Assembly: GCA_035526925.1 (NCBI GenBank)
Contig: DATLBL010000017.1
Span: 21,071-85,070 of the forward strand
DNA length: 64,000 nt
Source: Gemmatimonadales bacterium
GTDB lineage: Bacteria > Gemmatimonadota > Gemmatimonadetes > Gemmatimonadales > GWC2-71-9
Direction of reading: 5' to 3'
Shown: positions 29,045 through 41,532 of the stretch, one piece after another
Numbering within the stretch: position 1 is the first letter of the stretch
Layout: each line of letters opens with the position of its first letter
Notes under the pieces: model-generated
The model's database searches: none
Told to the model about the DNA's origin: nothing
Seen by the model: the letters and a program-made list of their open reading frames with translations, nothing else
Program-made: the position numbers and the translations under genes

Positions 29045-29982
29045 GGTTCCCCCGTAATGGTCGTTCCGGTTTCGCCGCGGAGGGCGGCGGGACCGCCGCT
29101 CAGCTGGGCGATGATGGCGCGACGCCCGCCCGCCCGGACGAAGTCGGCGGCGGCCTCGATCTTCGGCCGCATCCCGCCTTCGTCGAGGCCGCCTGCCGCC
29201 ATCATGGCCTCGGCCTGGGCGACGCTCATGCGGCGAATCGGCCGCGCCGCCGGGGTGCCCCAACCCTCGAAGACCGCGTCCACGTTGGTGAGGATCATGA
29301 GCACCTCGGCCTCGAGCTGGCGGGCCAGCATGCTCGCCACCCGGTCCTTGTCGACGACCGCGTCGACGCCCTCGAGCCCGAGCAGCGGGTCGGCGTACAC
29401 GGGCGGCCCACCACCGCCCGCGGCGATGACGATGGTGCCGTCGGTCATCAGGCGCTTGACCACCGGGAGCTCGACCACGCCGAGGGGCACCGGGCTCGTC
29501 GCCATCCGGCGCCAGACGCCGGCCCCGTCGCGCCCAACCGCGCGGCCCGCCTCGCGGAGGCGGGTGACCTCGGCTTCCCCGAGCGCGTGGCCGATGGGCT
29601 TGGTCGGCCGTCCGAGCGCGGGATCGTACCGGTCGACGAGCGTCTGCGTGATGATGGTGATCACGTCGCGCCGGACCCGTGCGGCTTCGAGCGCGTTCTG
29701 CAGCGACTGCTGCAGCATGTACCCGATCCAGCCGGCCGTCTCCGCCACGAGCACGCCCAGCGGCAGCGGCTCGACCGCTCGGCGCGCCGCCTCGTTGCGC
29801 ATCAGCTCGTCGCCGACCTGCGGCCCGTTGCCGTGCACCAAGACGATCTGCCATCCCGCGCGCGCCAGCTCGACCACGGGCCCCATGCTCTCGCGCGCGT
29901 GCCGAAACTGGTTCGCGACCGTGGCCGGCTCGCCCGCCCGGGCGAGCGCGTTGCCCCCGAGGGCCAGTACCGCGGTCTTCAG
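29041..29982 (-). CDS. arcC: Carbamate kinase
   Basis: The translation contains AVLALGGNAL, VHGNGPQVG, IAAGGGGPPV and VDKD. I placed the start at CTG 29982 (GGGAGG, then 5 nt, then CTG). The ATG at 30078 lies upstream of the predicted promoter and would overlap the preceding gene by 38 nt, so the start is uncertain. Confidence 0.8.
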   Translation of the reverse strand: MKTAVLALGGNALARAGEPATVANQFRHARESMGPVVELARAGWQIVLVHGNGPQVGDELMRNEAARRAVEPLPLGVLVAETAGWIGYMLQQSLQNALEAARVRRDVITIITQTLVDRYDPALGRPTKPIGHALGEAEVTRLREAGRAVGRDGAGVWRRMATSPVPLGVVELPVVKRLMTDGTIVIAAGGGGPPVYADPLLGLEGVDAVVDKDRVASMLARQLEAEVLMILTNVDAVFEGWGTPAARPIRRMSVAQAEAMMAAGGLDEGGMRPKIEAAADFVRAGGRRAIIAQLSGGPAALRGETGTTITGEP

Positions 29983-30009
29983 CCCGGCCTCCCGGGGGCA
30001 AAGCCCCCG

Positions 30010-30038
30010 AAGGTAGTCCGGGCTCCGCAGGCGATCAA
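30010..30038 (-). promoter_or_regulatory. Sigma70-like promoter TTGATC-N17-TACCTT in the 58-nt gap before carbamate kinase
   Basis: The minus strand reads TTGATC gcctgcggagcccggac TACCTT, beginning 3 nt after the UPF0182 stop. It is followed by the hairpin CGGGGGC-ttt-GCCCCCG (29993-30009) and then the GGGAGG SD. Confidence 0.5.
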
Positions 30039-30040
30039 GC

Positions 30041-32497
30041 TCATCGGCGGGCCGAGTCCGACGGTGCGCCGAGTGCATTGCGCAACCCCGACCACGCGCG
30101 GCCGAAGGCGCTCCAGTCTGCTGCGCGGAGGGCCGAGTCGGCCCGGAGCAGCAGCCGGCGCGCCTCCTCGATCCGTGTGGACTGCGTCTGGCCCGCGAGT
30201 GTGGGGACGGTGGCGCCTAGAAGATTGCTCCAGGCTTCCGCCAGATTCCGCCCGGCGCCTTGCCGATCACCCGACGCGACGGTCACCCACGCCAGTGACA
30301 CCCGGCCGGCCGTCGGTCCGGCGAAGTGCGACTGGTAGGCCACCACGCCGTGCGGCGAGAGGTCGAACCGCACCGGTCCGCGCTCGATCTTGCCGCCGTC
30401 CTCACCGATCGAGTCCCGAAGCGCATCAAAGGAGGGAAAGCGGTCCCACCGACTCTCGAGCGCGCCGCGCGAAGGCAGCGCGCTGGCGGAGTCGAACCGC
30501 ACCAGTCGCAGCGCATCGCGCTCCTCGCCGTGGCCGGCGATGAGGAGCGCGCCCAGACGGCGCTCTCCCGGTCGCTCGTAGGCGACGGTGAGCTCGAGCC
30601 CGCTCGTGTCATGCGCCCAGCTGCTGACGCTGCGTGGCAGATCCGCCGGGTCGGCGACGCCGCGCCCGCCGAGGGAACCGATCAGCCGGCGGACGGACCG
30701 TTCGATCTGGCGTGCCTGCACCCTGAAGAGCTCGTCCGGATACGGCGCGGCGCTCCACACCGCCTCGGGCATGGCCGATGCCGGCTCGACGACGCCCTGG
30801 GCCACCGCGGCCCACGAGGACGCCAGCGCGTCGCTCCCGGGGCGCAGGTATATGCGCGTGACACCCGCTTGTGCCGTTACCGTGGCCAGCAGCGCAGGGC
30901 GAAGCCCGGCGACGACTCGACCGTTCCATTCGATGCGGCGGGACAGGGGGAAGGCCTCCGCCGGAACGTAGCCGTCCACCAGCCACACCAGCTCGCCGTC
31001 GATCACGCGTGCGATCGGCTCGCCCCAGCTGGCGAACGGCGCCAACCGCGCGAGCCGGCGTTGCGGCGAGAGCGCCCAGTCCACGCGCGAGTCTCCTGCG
31101 ACCGGCCCGAGCAGCTCGGGGGCCTGAAGCGCCCAGGCGAGGAGGACGCGGCGCGGCCAGGACTGCAGCGCTACGCCCGGCGCGTCGTCCCCGCCGATCC
31201 GGTACGCCGGGGCCTGACCATGGTACGCGCTCGGGCCCAGGTCCAGCATCGGGGTGGGAAAGGGCTGCGGCACCGAATCCTGCGAGCGATAGAAGAGTCC
31301 TTCGCCACCGGGGCCGGTGCGATCGTCGGCGAGCGCGGTCACGACGACGTGCCCGCTCGGCAACGCCCGCGTGGCGAGCCAGACGGGATGCGGCCGCCCG
31401 GCGATCGGCAGCAGTGCCGGGTCCACCGAGATGACGTCGGTCGAGTCGGACGAGAGCAGTCGTCGGGCCATCGGGCCGCTCCACAGCGACGGCAGCGTCG
31501 GCGCAGCCGCCCGACTGCCGCCCGATCCCGTGAGCTCTCCGAGCGCCTCCAAGCCATATGCCTGCCGCTCGAACTGGTCGAGCGTGCGTTGCTCGGCCAC
31601 CGGCTCCCCTTCCCCGCCGAGCGCCGCGGGCACCATCCAGTGTCCGACCAGCGAGGCGAGCGGCAGGACGATCCACCCCGCGGCCGCCAGCGCGTGTCTC
31701 GCCCGAAGCGCCCACATGGCCGACAGCACCGCTGTCGCCAGCGCGACGCCCGCCAGCAGCTGCGCCACGAGAATCGTCGCCCGCCACATGGCACGATCGG
31801 GAATGCCGTCGAACCCGGCCACCAGCGTGAATGGCTCGAGCAGGTGCCCCCACATCAGCGTCAGGGCGAGCGCGACGAGGAGCCAGCCGAGGTGAATGCG
31901 CGCGTGGCTGTTGATGGCCGGGCGGCCGTCCAGCCAGCGTACGGCACCGACCACGAGGTAGAGGCCGAAGACCAGACCCAGCCCGAGGATGACGAGGAGG
32001 AAGCAGAAGTCGTGCAGCGCGCGCCAGAGCGGCACCTGCGCCACGTACAAGCCGATATCGCGCTGCAGCAGCGGCTCGGTCGCGCCGAAGCTCACGCCCT
32101 GCCACGCGAGGGCCACCTGGTTCACGTGGTCCGCGGCGCCACGACCCACCACCAAGCCGAACAGGGCGCCCACGGCGACGACCACCGCCACCAGCGACCC
32201 CGCCGGCAGCGCTTCGCGGATCTCCAGGTTGGCCACGTGGCGACGCACCTGGATGGAGCCCACCGCCCGGTAAACGGCGAGCAGATGGCCGATGAACCAC
32301 GCCGCCCCCACCGCCATGCCCAGCAGCTTGAGCGAGGCGCGCAGAATGGCCCAATCCGTCAGGAACGCCGCCGCGGCGGGCGAGGTCTCCGCGGCCCACC
32401 AGCGATCGGCGAGCACGACGGCGGTCCAGCGCCCCGCGAAAAGCAGCACGACCAGGGCCGCCAGTATGGCCGCGACCCGGCGACCGCGTCGCGACAC
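30041..32497 (-). CDS. UPF0182 family membrane protein
   Basis: This 818-aa protein has an N-terminal multi-TM block followed by a large soluble region. It carries the remembered family motif YPDELFRVQ. Its function is unknown. Confidence 0.75.
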   Translation of the reverse strand: MSRRGRRVAAILAALVVLLFAGRWTAVVLADRWWAAETSPAAAAFLTDWAILRASLKLLGMAVGAAWFIGHLLAVYRAVGSIQVRRHVANLEIREALPAGSLVAVVVAVGALFGLVVGRGAADHVNQVALAWQGVSFGATEPLLQRDIGLYVAQVPLWRALHDFCFLLVILGLGLVFGLYLVVGAVRWLDGRPAINSHARIHLGWLLVALALTLMWGHLLEPFTLVAGFDGIPDRAMWRATILVAQLLAGVALATAVLSAMWALRARHALAAAGWIVLPLASLVGHWMVPAALGGEGEPVAEQRTLDQFERQAYGLEALGELTGSGGSRAAAPTLPSLWSGPMARRLLSSDSTDVISVDPALLPIAGRPHPVWLATRALPSGHVVVTALADDRTGPGGEGLFYRSQDSVPQPFPTPMLDLGPSAYHGQAPAYRIGGDDAPGVALQSWPRRVLLAWALQAPELLGPVAGDSRVDWALSPQRRLARLAPFASWGEPIARVIDGELVWLVDGYVPAEAFPLSRRIEWNGRVVAGLRPALLATVTAQAGVTRIYLRPGSDALASSWAAVAQGVVEPASAMPEAVWSAAPYPDELFRVQARQIERSVRRLIGSLGGRGVADPADLPRSVSSWAHDTSGLELTVAYERPGERRLGALLIAGHGEERDALRLVRFDSASALPSRGALESRWDRFPSFDALRDSIGEDGGKIERGPVRFDLSPHGVVAYQSHFAGPTAGRVSLAWVTVASGDRQGAGRNLAEAWSNLLGATVPTLAGQTQSTRIEEARRLLLRADSALRAADWSAFGRAWSGLRNALGAPSDSARR

Positions 32498-32500
32498 CCG

Positions 32501-33871
32501 CTAGGCCCGGACGCCCTGCCCCGCGAGCCAGGCCACGACTTCGCTGCGGGCGGCGTCGAGTGAGCGCGCATCCGAGGCCTCGAACCTCAGCACGAGAATG
32601 GGCTGGGTATTGGAGGCGCGCAGCAGTCCCCAGCCGTCCGGAAAGGTGATGCGGACTCCGTCGATCGTGTTGACCGGATAGCGCGGCGAGAAATGGGCGA
32701 CGGCACGCTCGACGAGCGCGAACTTGTGCTCCTCGGCGACATCGACCCGGATCTCCGGCGTGGCGGTGGTGGCCGGCAGGTCGGCGAGGTGCGTGGCGAG
32801 GCCGAACGCCCGGCCGCTCACGATCTCCAACAGCCGGGCGGCGGCGAACAGAGCGTCGTCGAAGCCGTGATAGTCGCCGCCAAAGAACATGTGCCCGCTC
32901 ATCTCGCCGGCCAGCGGCGCCTCCAGCTCCTTCATCTTGGCCTTGATGAGCGAGTGTCCGGTCTTCCACATGACGGGGCGGGCGCCCGCTCGGGTCAGCG
33001 CGGCCGGCAGCACCTCGGAGCACTTCACGTCGAAGATCACCGGCGTGCCGGGCCCGAAGCGCCGGACTGCATCCCGGCCGAGAATCACGAGGAGCTGGTC
33101 ACCGTAGATGATTGCGCCGGTCTCGTCCACCGCGCCGATCCGGTCCGCGTCGCCGTCGAAGGCGAGGCCGAGTTCGGCGCCCGTGCGTCGCACCTCGGCC
33201 TGGAGGTCCCGCAGGTTTTCCGGGACGGTGGGGTCGGGATGATGGTTGGGGAACGTGCCGTCCGACTCACAGAAGAGCGGTGTCACCTCGGCGCCGAGTC
33301 CGCGGAGGGTCGAGACCGCGATCAGGCTCCCCGCCCCGTTGCCGCAGTCCACGACAACCCGGACCGGCCGGGCCAGTTGGTGACGGCTGATGATCCCGTC
33401 GCGGTAGCGCTCGAGCACCGACCCGTCGCTCGACTCGTGCCCCGACTCGCTCCGCCAGCGCTCGGTGACGATGATCTCCCACAGCGCGAGGATGTCCGCG
33501 CCGTGAAAGGCATCGCCGGCGAGCACCATCTTGAAGCCGTTGAACTCGGGCGGGTTGTGTGACCCGGTCACCTGCACGCCCGCATCCGCCGCCAGGGCGA
33601 CGACGCCGAAATAGAGCGCGGGCGTCGGGAGGACGCCGACGTCGAGCGCCGTACCTCCCGCCTCCACGATACCGCGGCGAACGCCGCGGGCGAGCTCTTC
33701 GCCGGATGGACGGTTGTCGCGCCCGACGGCGACGACCGGCGCACGACCGAGGCGCTCGAAAGCCAGCGTGGCAAAGGCGCGACCCAGGCCGTGGGCGAGC
33801 TCCGGGGTGAGCTCGGTACCCACGAGACCACGGACGTCGTATTGTCGGAAGATCGACTTGGGAGCCTGCAT
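32501..33871 (-). CDS. Phosphomannomutase/phosphoglucomutase
   Basis: The translation contains FRQYDVRG, the active-site segment TGSHNPPEFNGFK, and the metal loop FDGDADR, over 456 aa. Confidence 0.9.
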   Translation of the reverse strand: MQAPKSIFRQYDVRGLVGTELTPELAHGLGRAFATLAFERLGRAPVVAVGRDNRPSGEELARGVRRGIVEAGGTALDVGVLPTPALYFGVVALAADAGVQVTGSHNPPEFNGFKMVLAGDAFHGADILALWEIIVTERWRSESGHESSDGSVLERYRDGIISRHQLARPVRVVVDCGNGAGSLIAVSTLRGLGAEVTPLFCESDGTFPNHHPDPTVPENLRDLQAEVRRTGAELGLAFDGDADRIGAVDETGAIIYGDQLLVILGRDAVRRFGPGTPVIFDVKCSEVLPAALTRAGARPVMWKTGHSLIKAKMKELEAPLAGEMSGHMFFGGDYHGFDDALFAAARLLEIVSGRAFGLATHLADLPATTATPEIRVDVAEEHKFALVERAVAHFSPRYPVNTIDGVRITFPDGWGLLRASNTQPILVLRFEASDARSLDAARSEVVAWLAGQGVRA

Positions 33872-33890
33872 CAGACCCGGCGTGGCCGGC

Positions 33891-35393
33891 TCATGGCCCG
33901 GCGATCGGCACGCCGGTCTGCGTCAGGGTCGCGGCGCTCTGGCCGGCCACGTCGAGCAGCCCGACCGGCCAGACGCCGAATGCCAGGACTGCCGCCACCG
34001 TGAGCGCCACCGCACCCGCGGCTGCCGGCGCCAGGCGCACGGCGACGTGGCGCTGGCCCGACGGAGCCGGCCGCATGTACATCGCCATGATGACGGGCAG
34101 ATAGTATCCCGCGCTCACCACGCTCGTGAGCACGAGGATGACCGGGAGGATGTAGTGGCGCTCGGCGACCACCGCGCTCAGGATGTACCACTTGCCGATG
34201 AACCCGAACGTGCCCGGAAACCCGAGCAGGGAGAGCATGCAGACCGCCATCCCGAACGCGAGCCACGGGCGCGTCGTCGCCAGCCCCGCGACGTCGTCGA
34301 GCGTCACATCCCGCTCACCGCCGCGGCCCAGCGCGGCCAGGATGCCGAAGCTGGCCAGCGTGGTGAGGCTGTACGCCAGGAGATAGAGGAGCACCGCACC
34401 GGCGCCGGCCTGGCTCCCGGGCCACACGGCGGTGAGGAGGTACCCCGCGTGCGCCACCGAGCTGTAGGCCAGCATCCGCTTGAGCGGCCGCTGGGCGAGC
34501 GCGACGAAGTTGCCGAGCACCATCGAGGCGATGGCCAGGCCGGCGACGATGGGCTGCCAGACGCTCAGCGCCGACGGAAACGCCTCCATCAGCACCCGCA
34601 CGAGCGCCGCGAACGCCGCCGCCTTGACGCCGGTGGCCATGAACCCGGTGACCGGCGTCGGGGAACCGTCGTAGACGTCCGGCGCCCACATGTGAAACGG
34701 AACCGCGGCGACTTTGAACCCGAAGCCGATCAGCAGCAGTCCGAGACCCAGCGCAGCCATCAGGGGCAGCGTCTTTCCCGAGAGCTGGGCGCCGGCGAGG
34801 GACAGATTGGTGGTGCCCGTGGCGCCGTAGACGAGCGCGATACCGTAGAGCAGAAAACCAGACGCGAACGCGCCGATCAGAAAGTACTTGAGCGCGGCCT
34901 CGCCGCTGAACGCGCTGGCGCGATTGAATCCCGCCAGCACGTACACCGCCACGGACATGACCTCCAGCCCGAGGAAGAGGACGATCAGATCCTCGGCGCC
35001 ACCGAGGAACATCATGCCCGCCGTGGCGAGCAGGATGAGCGGGTAGTACTCGGGAGCCAGCAGTCGCTCGCGCTCGAGGTAGCCGAGCGACAGCAGGATC
35101 GTGGCGCCGGCACTGACGAGCGCGATGGCGGCGACGGCGTAGCGGAACGGATCGAGCGCCACCATCTGCGCCAAACCGTCGGGCACCACCCCGTTCACCC
35201 ACAGGGCCGCCAGCCCCGCCCCGCTCAGCACCACGCCGGCAAAGCTGAGCCACCCGGCCAACCGGCTGTCCTCCGCCGTCCGATGCCGCCAGCTCACCAC
35301 GAGCAGCACGACGAGCGCCCAGCCGGACAGCAGCACCTCGGGGAGCAGCGCGACCGTGACGCCCCACGGGGTCGTCAGATCCAGGCGGTTCAT
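33891..35393 (-). CDS. nuoN: NADH-quinone oxidoreductase subunit N
   Basis: I placed the start at MNRLDLTTPW inside track ORF 33891..36845. The product is a ~500-aa polytopic antiporter-like subunit. It is the last gene of the nuo string and has an ATGA overlap with nuoM. Confidence 0.9.
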   Translation of the reverse strand: MNRLDLTTPWGVTVALLPEVLLSGWALVVLLVVSWRHRTAEDSRLAGWLSFAGVVLSGAGLAALWVNGVVPDGLAQMVALDPFRYAVAAIALVSAGATILLSLGYLERERLLAPEYYPLILLATAGMMFLGGAEDLIVLFLGLEVMSVAVYVLAGFNRASAFSGEAALKYFLIGAFASGFLLYGIALVYGATGTTNLSLAGAQLSGKTLPLMAALGLGLLLIGFGFKVAAVPFHMWAPDVYDGSPTPVTGFMATGVKAAAFAALVRVLMEAFPSALSVWQPIVAGLAIASMVLGNFVALAQRPLKRMLAYSSVAHAGYLLTAVWPGSQAGAGAVLLYLLAYSLTTLASFGILAALGRGGERDVTLDDVAGLATTRPWLAFGMAVCMLSLLGFPGTFGFIGKWYILSAVVAERHYILPVILVLTSVVSAGYYLPVIMAMYMRPAPSGQRHVAVRLAPAAAGAVALTVAAVLAFGVWPVGLLDVAGQSAATLTQTGVPIAGP

Positions 35394-36954
35394 CGCGGGG
35401 TCTCCACGCGAGGCGCCGCTCCCAGCGTCGCCTGAGGCGCCGCGTGCGAGCGCGGCGTGACTGCCTCCAGGTACCGTCGAGTGGCAGGCTCCATCCGGCG
35501 AAGCACGGGGGCCGGGTACAGGCCGAGCCACACGATACCGGCGACCAGCGGAAGCATGACCGCGAGCTCGCGCGGGCTCAGATCGCGGAGGTGCTCGTTC
35601 TCTCGATCGTCCAGGCGATTGAAGATCATGCGCTGCAGCGCCCACAGCAGGTAGGCGGCGGCGAAGATCACGCCGGTGGTCGCGATGCCGGTGGCCCACG
35701 GGAACGCGGCGAAGCTGCCGAGCAGCACGAGGAACTCCCCGACGAACCCGTTCAGTCCCGGGAGCCCGATCGACGACAGCGCGACGACGGTCAGCACGAG
35801 GCTGAACACCGGCACCACCCGCGCGATCCCCCCGTAATCCTCGATCAACCGGGTATGCCGGCGCTCGTACAGCATCCCGATGAGGAGGAACAACGCGCCG
35901 GTCGAGAACCCGTGGCTGATCATGACCATCAGCGAGCCCTGCACGCTCTGCATCGTGCCGCCCCAGATCCCGAGCATGACGAACCCAAGGTGGCTCACCG
36001 ACGAGTACGCGACCAGCTTCTTGATATCCGGCTGCACCAGCGCCACCAGGGCGCCGTAGATGACGCCGATGACCGCGAGAGTCACCACGAGGGCGCTCAC
36101 GGCCGGGCTGAACGCGACCTGCGGAAAGAACGGCACGGCGAACCGGAGAAAGCCATACGTCCCGATCTTGAGCATCACGCCCGCCAGCAGCACGCTGCCG
36201 GCCGTCGGGGCTTCGACGTGCGCGTCGGGCAGCCAGGTGTGGAACGGAAAGATCGGCACCTTGATGGCGAAGGCCAGCGCGAAGGCGGCGAACAGCCAGG
36301 GGGCCGCCCCGCCCACCGCGTACGCATTCGCCAGCAGGTGATCGTAGGAGAAGGAGAGCAGCCCCGTGGCGCTCTGCACCCGCCACACGAGCACCACGAT
36401 GGCCACCAGCATCAGCAGCGAGCCGGCCATGGTGTACACGAAAAACTTGAGCGCCGCGTACAGTCGATTGGTCCCGCCCCAGATCCCGATGATGAAATAC
36501 ATCGGAATCAGCATGACCTCGAAGAACACGTAGAACAGGAAGAGATCCAGCGCGATGAACACGCCGACGAGCCCCGTCAGGAGCGTCAGCATCAACGCGT
36601 AGAAGCCGCGCTCCCGGTTCGTGATGTAGTGCCAGCTGCCGAGCACGCTCAGCGGCATCAGCACCGTGGTCAGCAGCACCATCACCAGCGAGATGCCATC
36701 GAGGCCGACCCGATAACCGATCCCCCAGCTCGCGATCCACGGCGTGTTGGAGAGGAGCTGCAGCTGGCCGGTGCCGAGGTCGAGCGACCACCAGAGCCCG
36801 GTCGACAGCACGAACTCGAGCGTCGTCACGCCCAGCGCCGTCCACTTGGCGGAGCGCTCATTCCCCAGCATCACCGGGACCACCCCGATCAGCGGGAGCA
36901 GGACGAGCGCGTGCAGGATCCACTGCGCGTAGCCGATGGAATCGAGAAAGGCGC

Positions 36955-36958
<4 letters not shown>
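35390..36958 (-). CDS. nuoM: NADH-quinone oxidoreductase subunit M
   Basis: I placed the start at MSAFLDSIGYAQW. The ~522-aa product has antiporter-like motifs (FFEVMLIPMY, HTWLPDAH). It has an ATGA overlap with nuoL. Confidence 0.9.
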
Positions 36959-38930
<1,972 letters not shown>

Positions 38931-38931
<1 letters not shown>

Positions 38932-39226
38932 CAGCCCTGCAGCAGGTTGATGTTCTGGAGGTCGACCGACTGCTTGTGTCGGAAGATGGCGAGAATGATG
39001 GCCAGACCGACGGCCGCCTCGGCCGCGGCCACCGTCATGACGAAGAACACCATGATGTACCCGCTGGCCCCGTAGAGCTGCGCGAGCGCCACGAAGGTCA
39101 GGTTCACGGCGTTGAGCATGAGCTCGATGCACATGAACAGCACGATGGCGTTTCGACGGAGGAGCACTCCCGCCACCCCGAGGCTGAACAGGATGGCGGA
39201 CAGGCCGAGGGAAGGTCCGAGCAGCA

Positions 39227-39227
<1 letters not shown>
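38931..39227 (-). CDS. nuoK: NADH-quinone oxidoreductase subunit K
   Basis: This 98-aa, 3-TM protein contains [12 protein letters not shown] and [11 protein letters not shown]. Confidence 0.9.
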
Positions 39228-39784
<557 letters not shown>

Positions 39785-40291
39785 CTACTCGCCCCTGGCG
39801 TCGGTCGGATCCCACAGGGTGGAGACCGCGTGGGTCTGCGACTGGAGCCGCTCGAGATCGTAGACGAACCGCGCGCGACTGTACTCCGCGTTCTCGAAGT
39901 GCACCCCGACGTGAATGGCCTCTTCGGGACAGACCTCCTGGCAGTACCCGCAGAAGATGCAGCGGAACTCGTCGATCTCGTAGATGAGCGGATAGCGGTT
40001 CCCGTGCTCGTCTTCGCCGGGGACCAGCTTGATGCAGTTGGAGGGACAGATCTGCGGGCAGAGCCCGCACGCGACGCACTTGGAGCGGCCCTGCTCGTCG
40101 GTGAGCATGCGGTGCGTGCCCCGCCAGCGCTGGGAGATGCTCCACTCGGTGGTGCTCTTCTCCTCCGGGTACTGCATCGTCACCTTCGGCTCGAACATGT
40201 GCTTGAAGGTGAGCGCCATGCCCTTGAGCGTGGCCCGCACGTAGCTGACCTCGCGCTCGGGGCGCTTCATGACCTTGACGCCGATTGCCAT
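39785..40291 (-). CDS. nuoI: NADH-quinone oxidoreductase subunit I
   Basis: I placed the start at [12 protein letters not shown]. The protein has two ferredoxin motifs, [12 protein letters not shown] and [12 protein letters not shown]. It overlaps nuoH by 1 nt. Confidence 0.95.
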   Translation of the reverse strand: MAIGVKVMKRPEREVSYVRATLKGMALTFKHMFEPKVTMQYPEEKSTTEWSISQRWRGTHRMLTDEQGRSKCVACGLCPQICPSNCIKLVPGEDEHGNRYPLIYEIDEFRCIFCGYCQEVCPEEAIHVGVHFENAEYSRARFVYDLERLQSQTHAVSTLWDPTDARGE

Positions 40292-41532
40292 CAGCCCGTC
40301 ACCGTGGCGCGCTTGACGAGCGCCTTGGAGGTTTGCTGCCGCCGGTTGGACCCCTTGATGAAGACACCGCTGTCCAGCAGTCCGAAGACCAGCAGCGCCA
40401 CCACCACGTTCACGCCGAACAGCGCGAGCGAGCGAAGCTTGGGGTCGGTGATCCCCGCGACGTGCTCGATGCCGTAGATGGCGGTGCAGATCACCATGAT
40501 GTAGGCCAGCGCGATGGGCATCAGCACCTTCCAGCCGAGCGCCATGAGCTGATCGTACCGGAACCGTGGCAGGGTCCACCGAATCCACATCACGAAGAAG
40601 ATCCAGAACATCAGCTTGAGGAAGAAGAAGCCGCCGGTCGCGAGGGTCTGCAGCACCCCGCCCTGCTCGTCCCAGCGCCCCGGGATGTCCCAGCCACCGA
40701 AGAACAGGGTGGTCACCATGGCGCACACGGTCACGACGTTGGCGTATTCGGCGATGAAGAAGAACGAGAACTTCATCGCGCTGTACTCGGTGTGATAGCC
40801 CGCGATCAGCTCGGATTCCGCCTCGGGCAGGTCGAACGGCAGCCGATTGGTCTCCGCGAACCCGGAGATGAGGAAGACGAAGAACGACAGGAAGAGCGGC
40901 AGGACGTACCAGAGTCCGGCCTGCTGGTCACCGATGATGGCCGCGAAGCTCACGTTCCCGCTCATGAGGAGCACGGGAATGAGGCTCAGGCCCATGGCCA
41001 CCTCGTACGAAATCATCTGCGCGCAGGCGCGAAGTCCGCCCAGGAGCGCGTATTTGCTGTTGGAGCTCCACCCCGCGAGGGCGATACCGTACACGCCCAT
41101 CGAGCTGATGGCCAGGACGAAGAGAAACCCGATCGGCACGTCCGCCACTACCATCGGCATCGCCCCGTGATAGGCAAAACGGCCGAGCGGGCCCAGCGTG
41201 AAGTCGAGATCGACCGGGAGCGGGGCGGCGAACGGAATGACCGCGGAGAGCAGCAGCGCGGGGATGAACGAGAGCGCCGGCGCGAGCAGGAACAGCCACC
41301 GGTTCGCCACGGCCGGGTAGGTCTCTTCCTTCAGGATGTTCTTGAGCCCATCGGCCGCCGGCTGCAGCAGTCCGGCCCACCCGACCCGATTGGGCCCGCG
41401 GCGGTTCTGCATCCAAGCGCTGACCTTTCGCTCCATGAGCGTGAGCAGCGCCACACCGATCATGATGACGGTGAAGACGAAGAGCATCTTGAGGACGCTC
41501 AGGAGAATGAAACCTTTCATCTCCGGCGTCAT
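40291..41532 (-). CDS. nuoH: NADH-quinone oxidoreductase subunit H
   Basis: I placed the start at MTPEMKGF. The translation contains [20 protein letters not shown] and [25 protein letters not shown]. It has an ATGA overlap with nuoG. Confidence 0.95.
   Translation of the reverse strand: MTPEMKGFILLSVLKMLFVFTVIMIGVALLTLMERKVSAWMQNRRGPNRVGWAGLLQPAADGLKNILKEETYPAVANRWLFLLAPALSFIPALLLSAVIPFAAPLPVDLDFTLGPLGRFAYHGAMPMVVADVPIGFLFVLAISSMGVYGIALAGWSSNSKYALLGGLRACAQMISYEVAMGLSLIPVLLMSGNVSFAAIIGDQQAGLWYVLPLFLSFFVFLISGFAETNRLPFDLPEAESELIAGYHTEYSAMKFSFFFIAEYANVVTVCAMVTTLFFGGWDIPGRWDEQGGVLQTLATGGFFFLKLMFWIFFVMWIRWTLPRFRYDQLMALGWKVLMPIALAYIMVICTAIYGIEHVAGITDPKLRSLALFGVNVVVALLVFGLLDSGVFIKGSNRRQQTSKALVKRATVTG

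Noticed and set aside
30326-32563. Very long ORFs antisense to, or out of frame with, well-supported genes. Examples are 416-1921(+), 8304-10148(+), 30326-32563(+), 30609-33023(-), 33714-35435(+), 35444-37180(+), 37420-39075(+), 40285-41769(+), 41610-43232(+), 50606-52030(-), 57621-59075(+) and 59295-60365(+).
   Set aside because: These are shadow ORFs, expected at this GC content because stop codons are rare. Their translations are Arg/Pro/Gly/Ala/His-rich low-complexity sequence with no recognisable motif. Each fully overlaps a gene with unmistakable family signatures.
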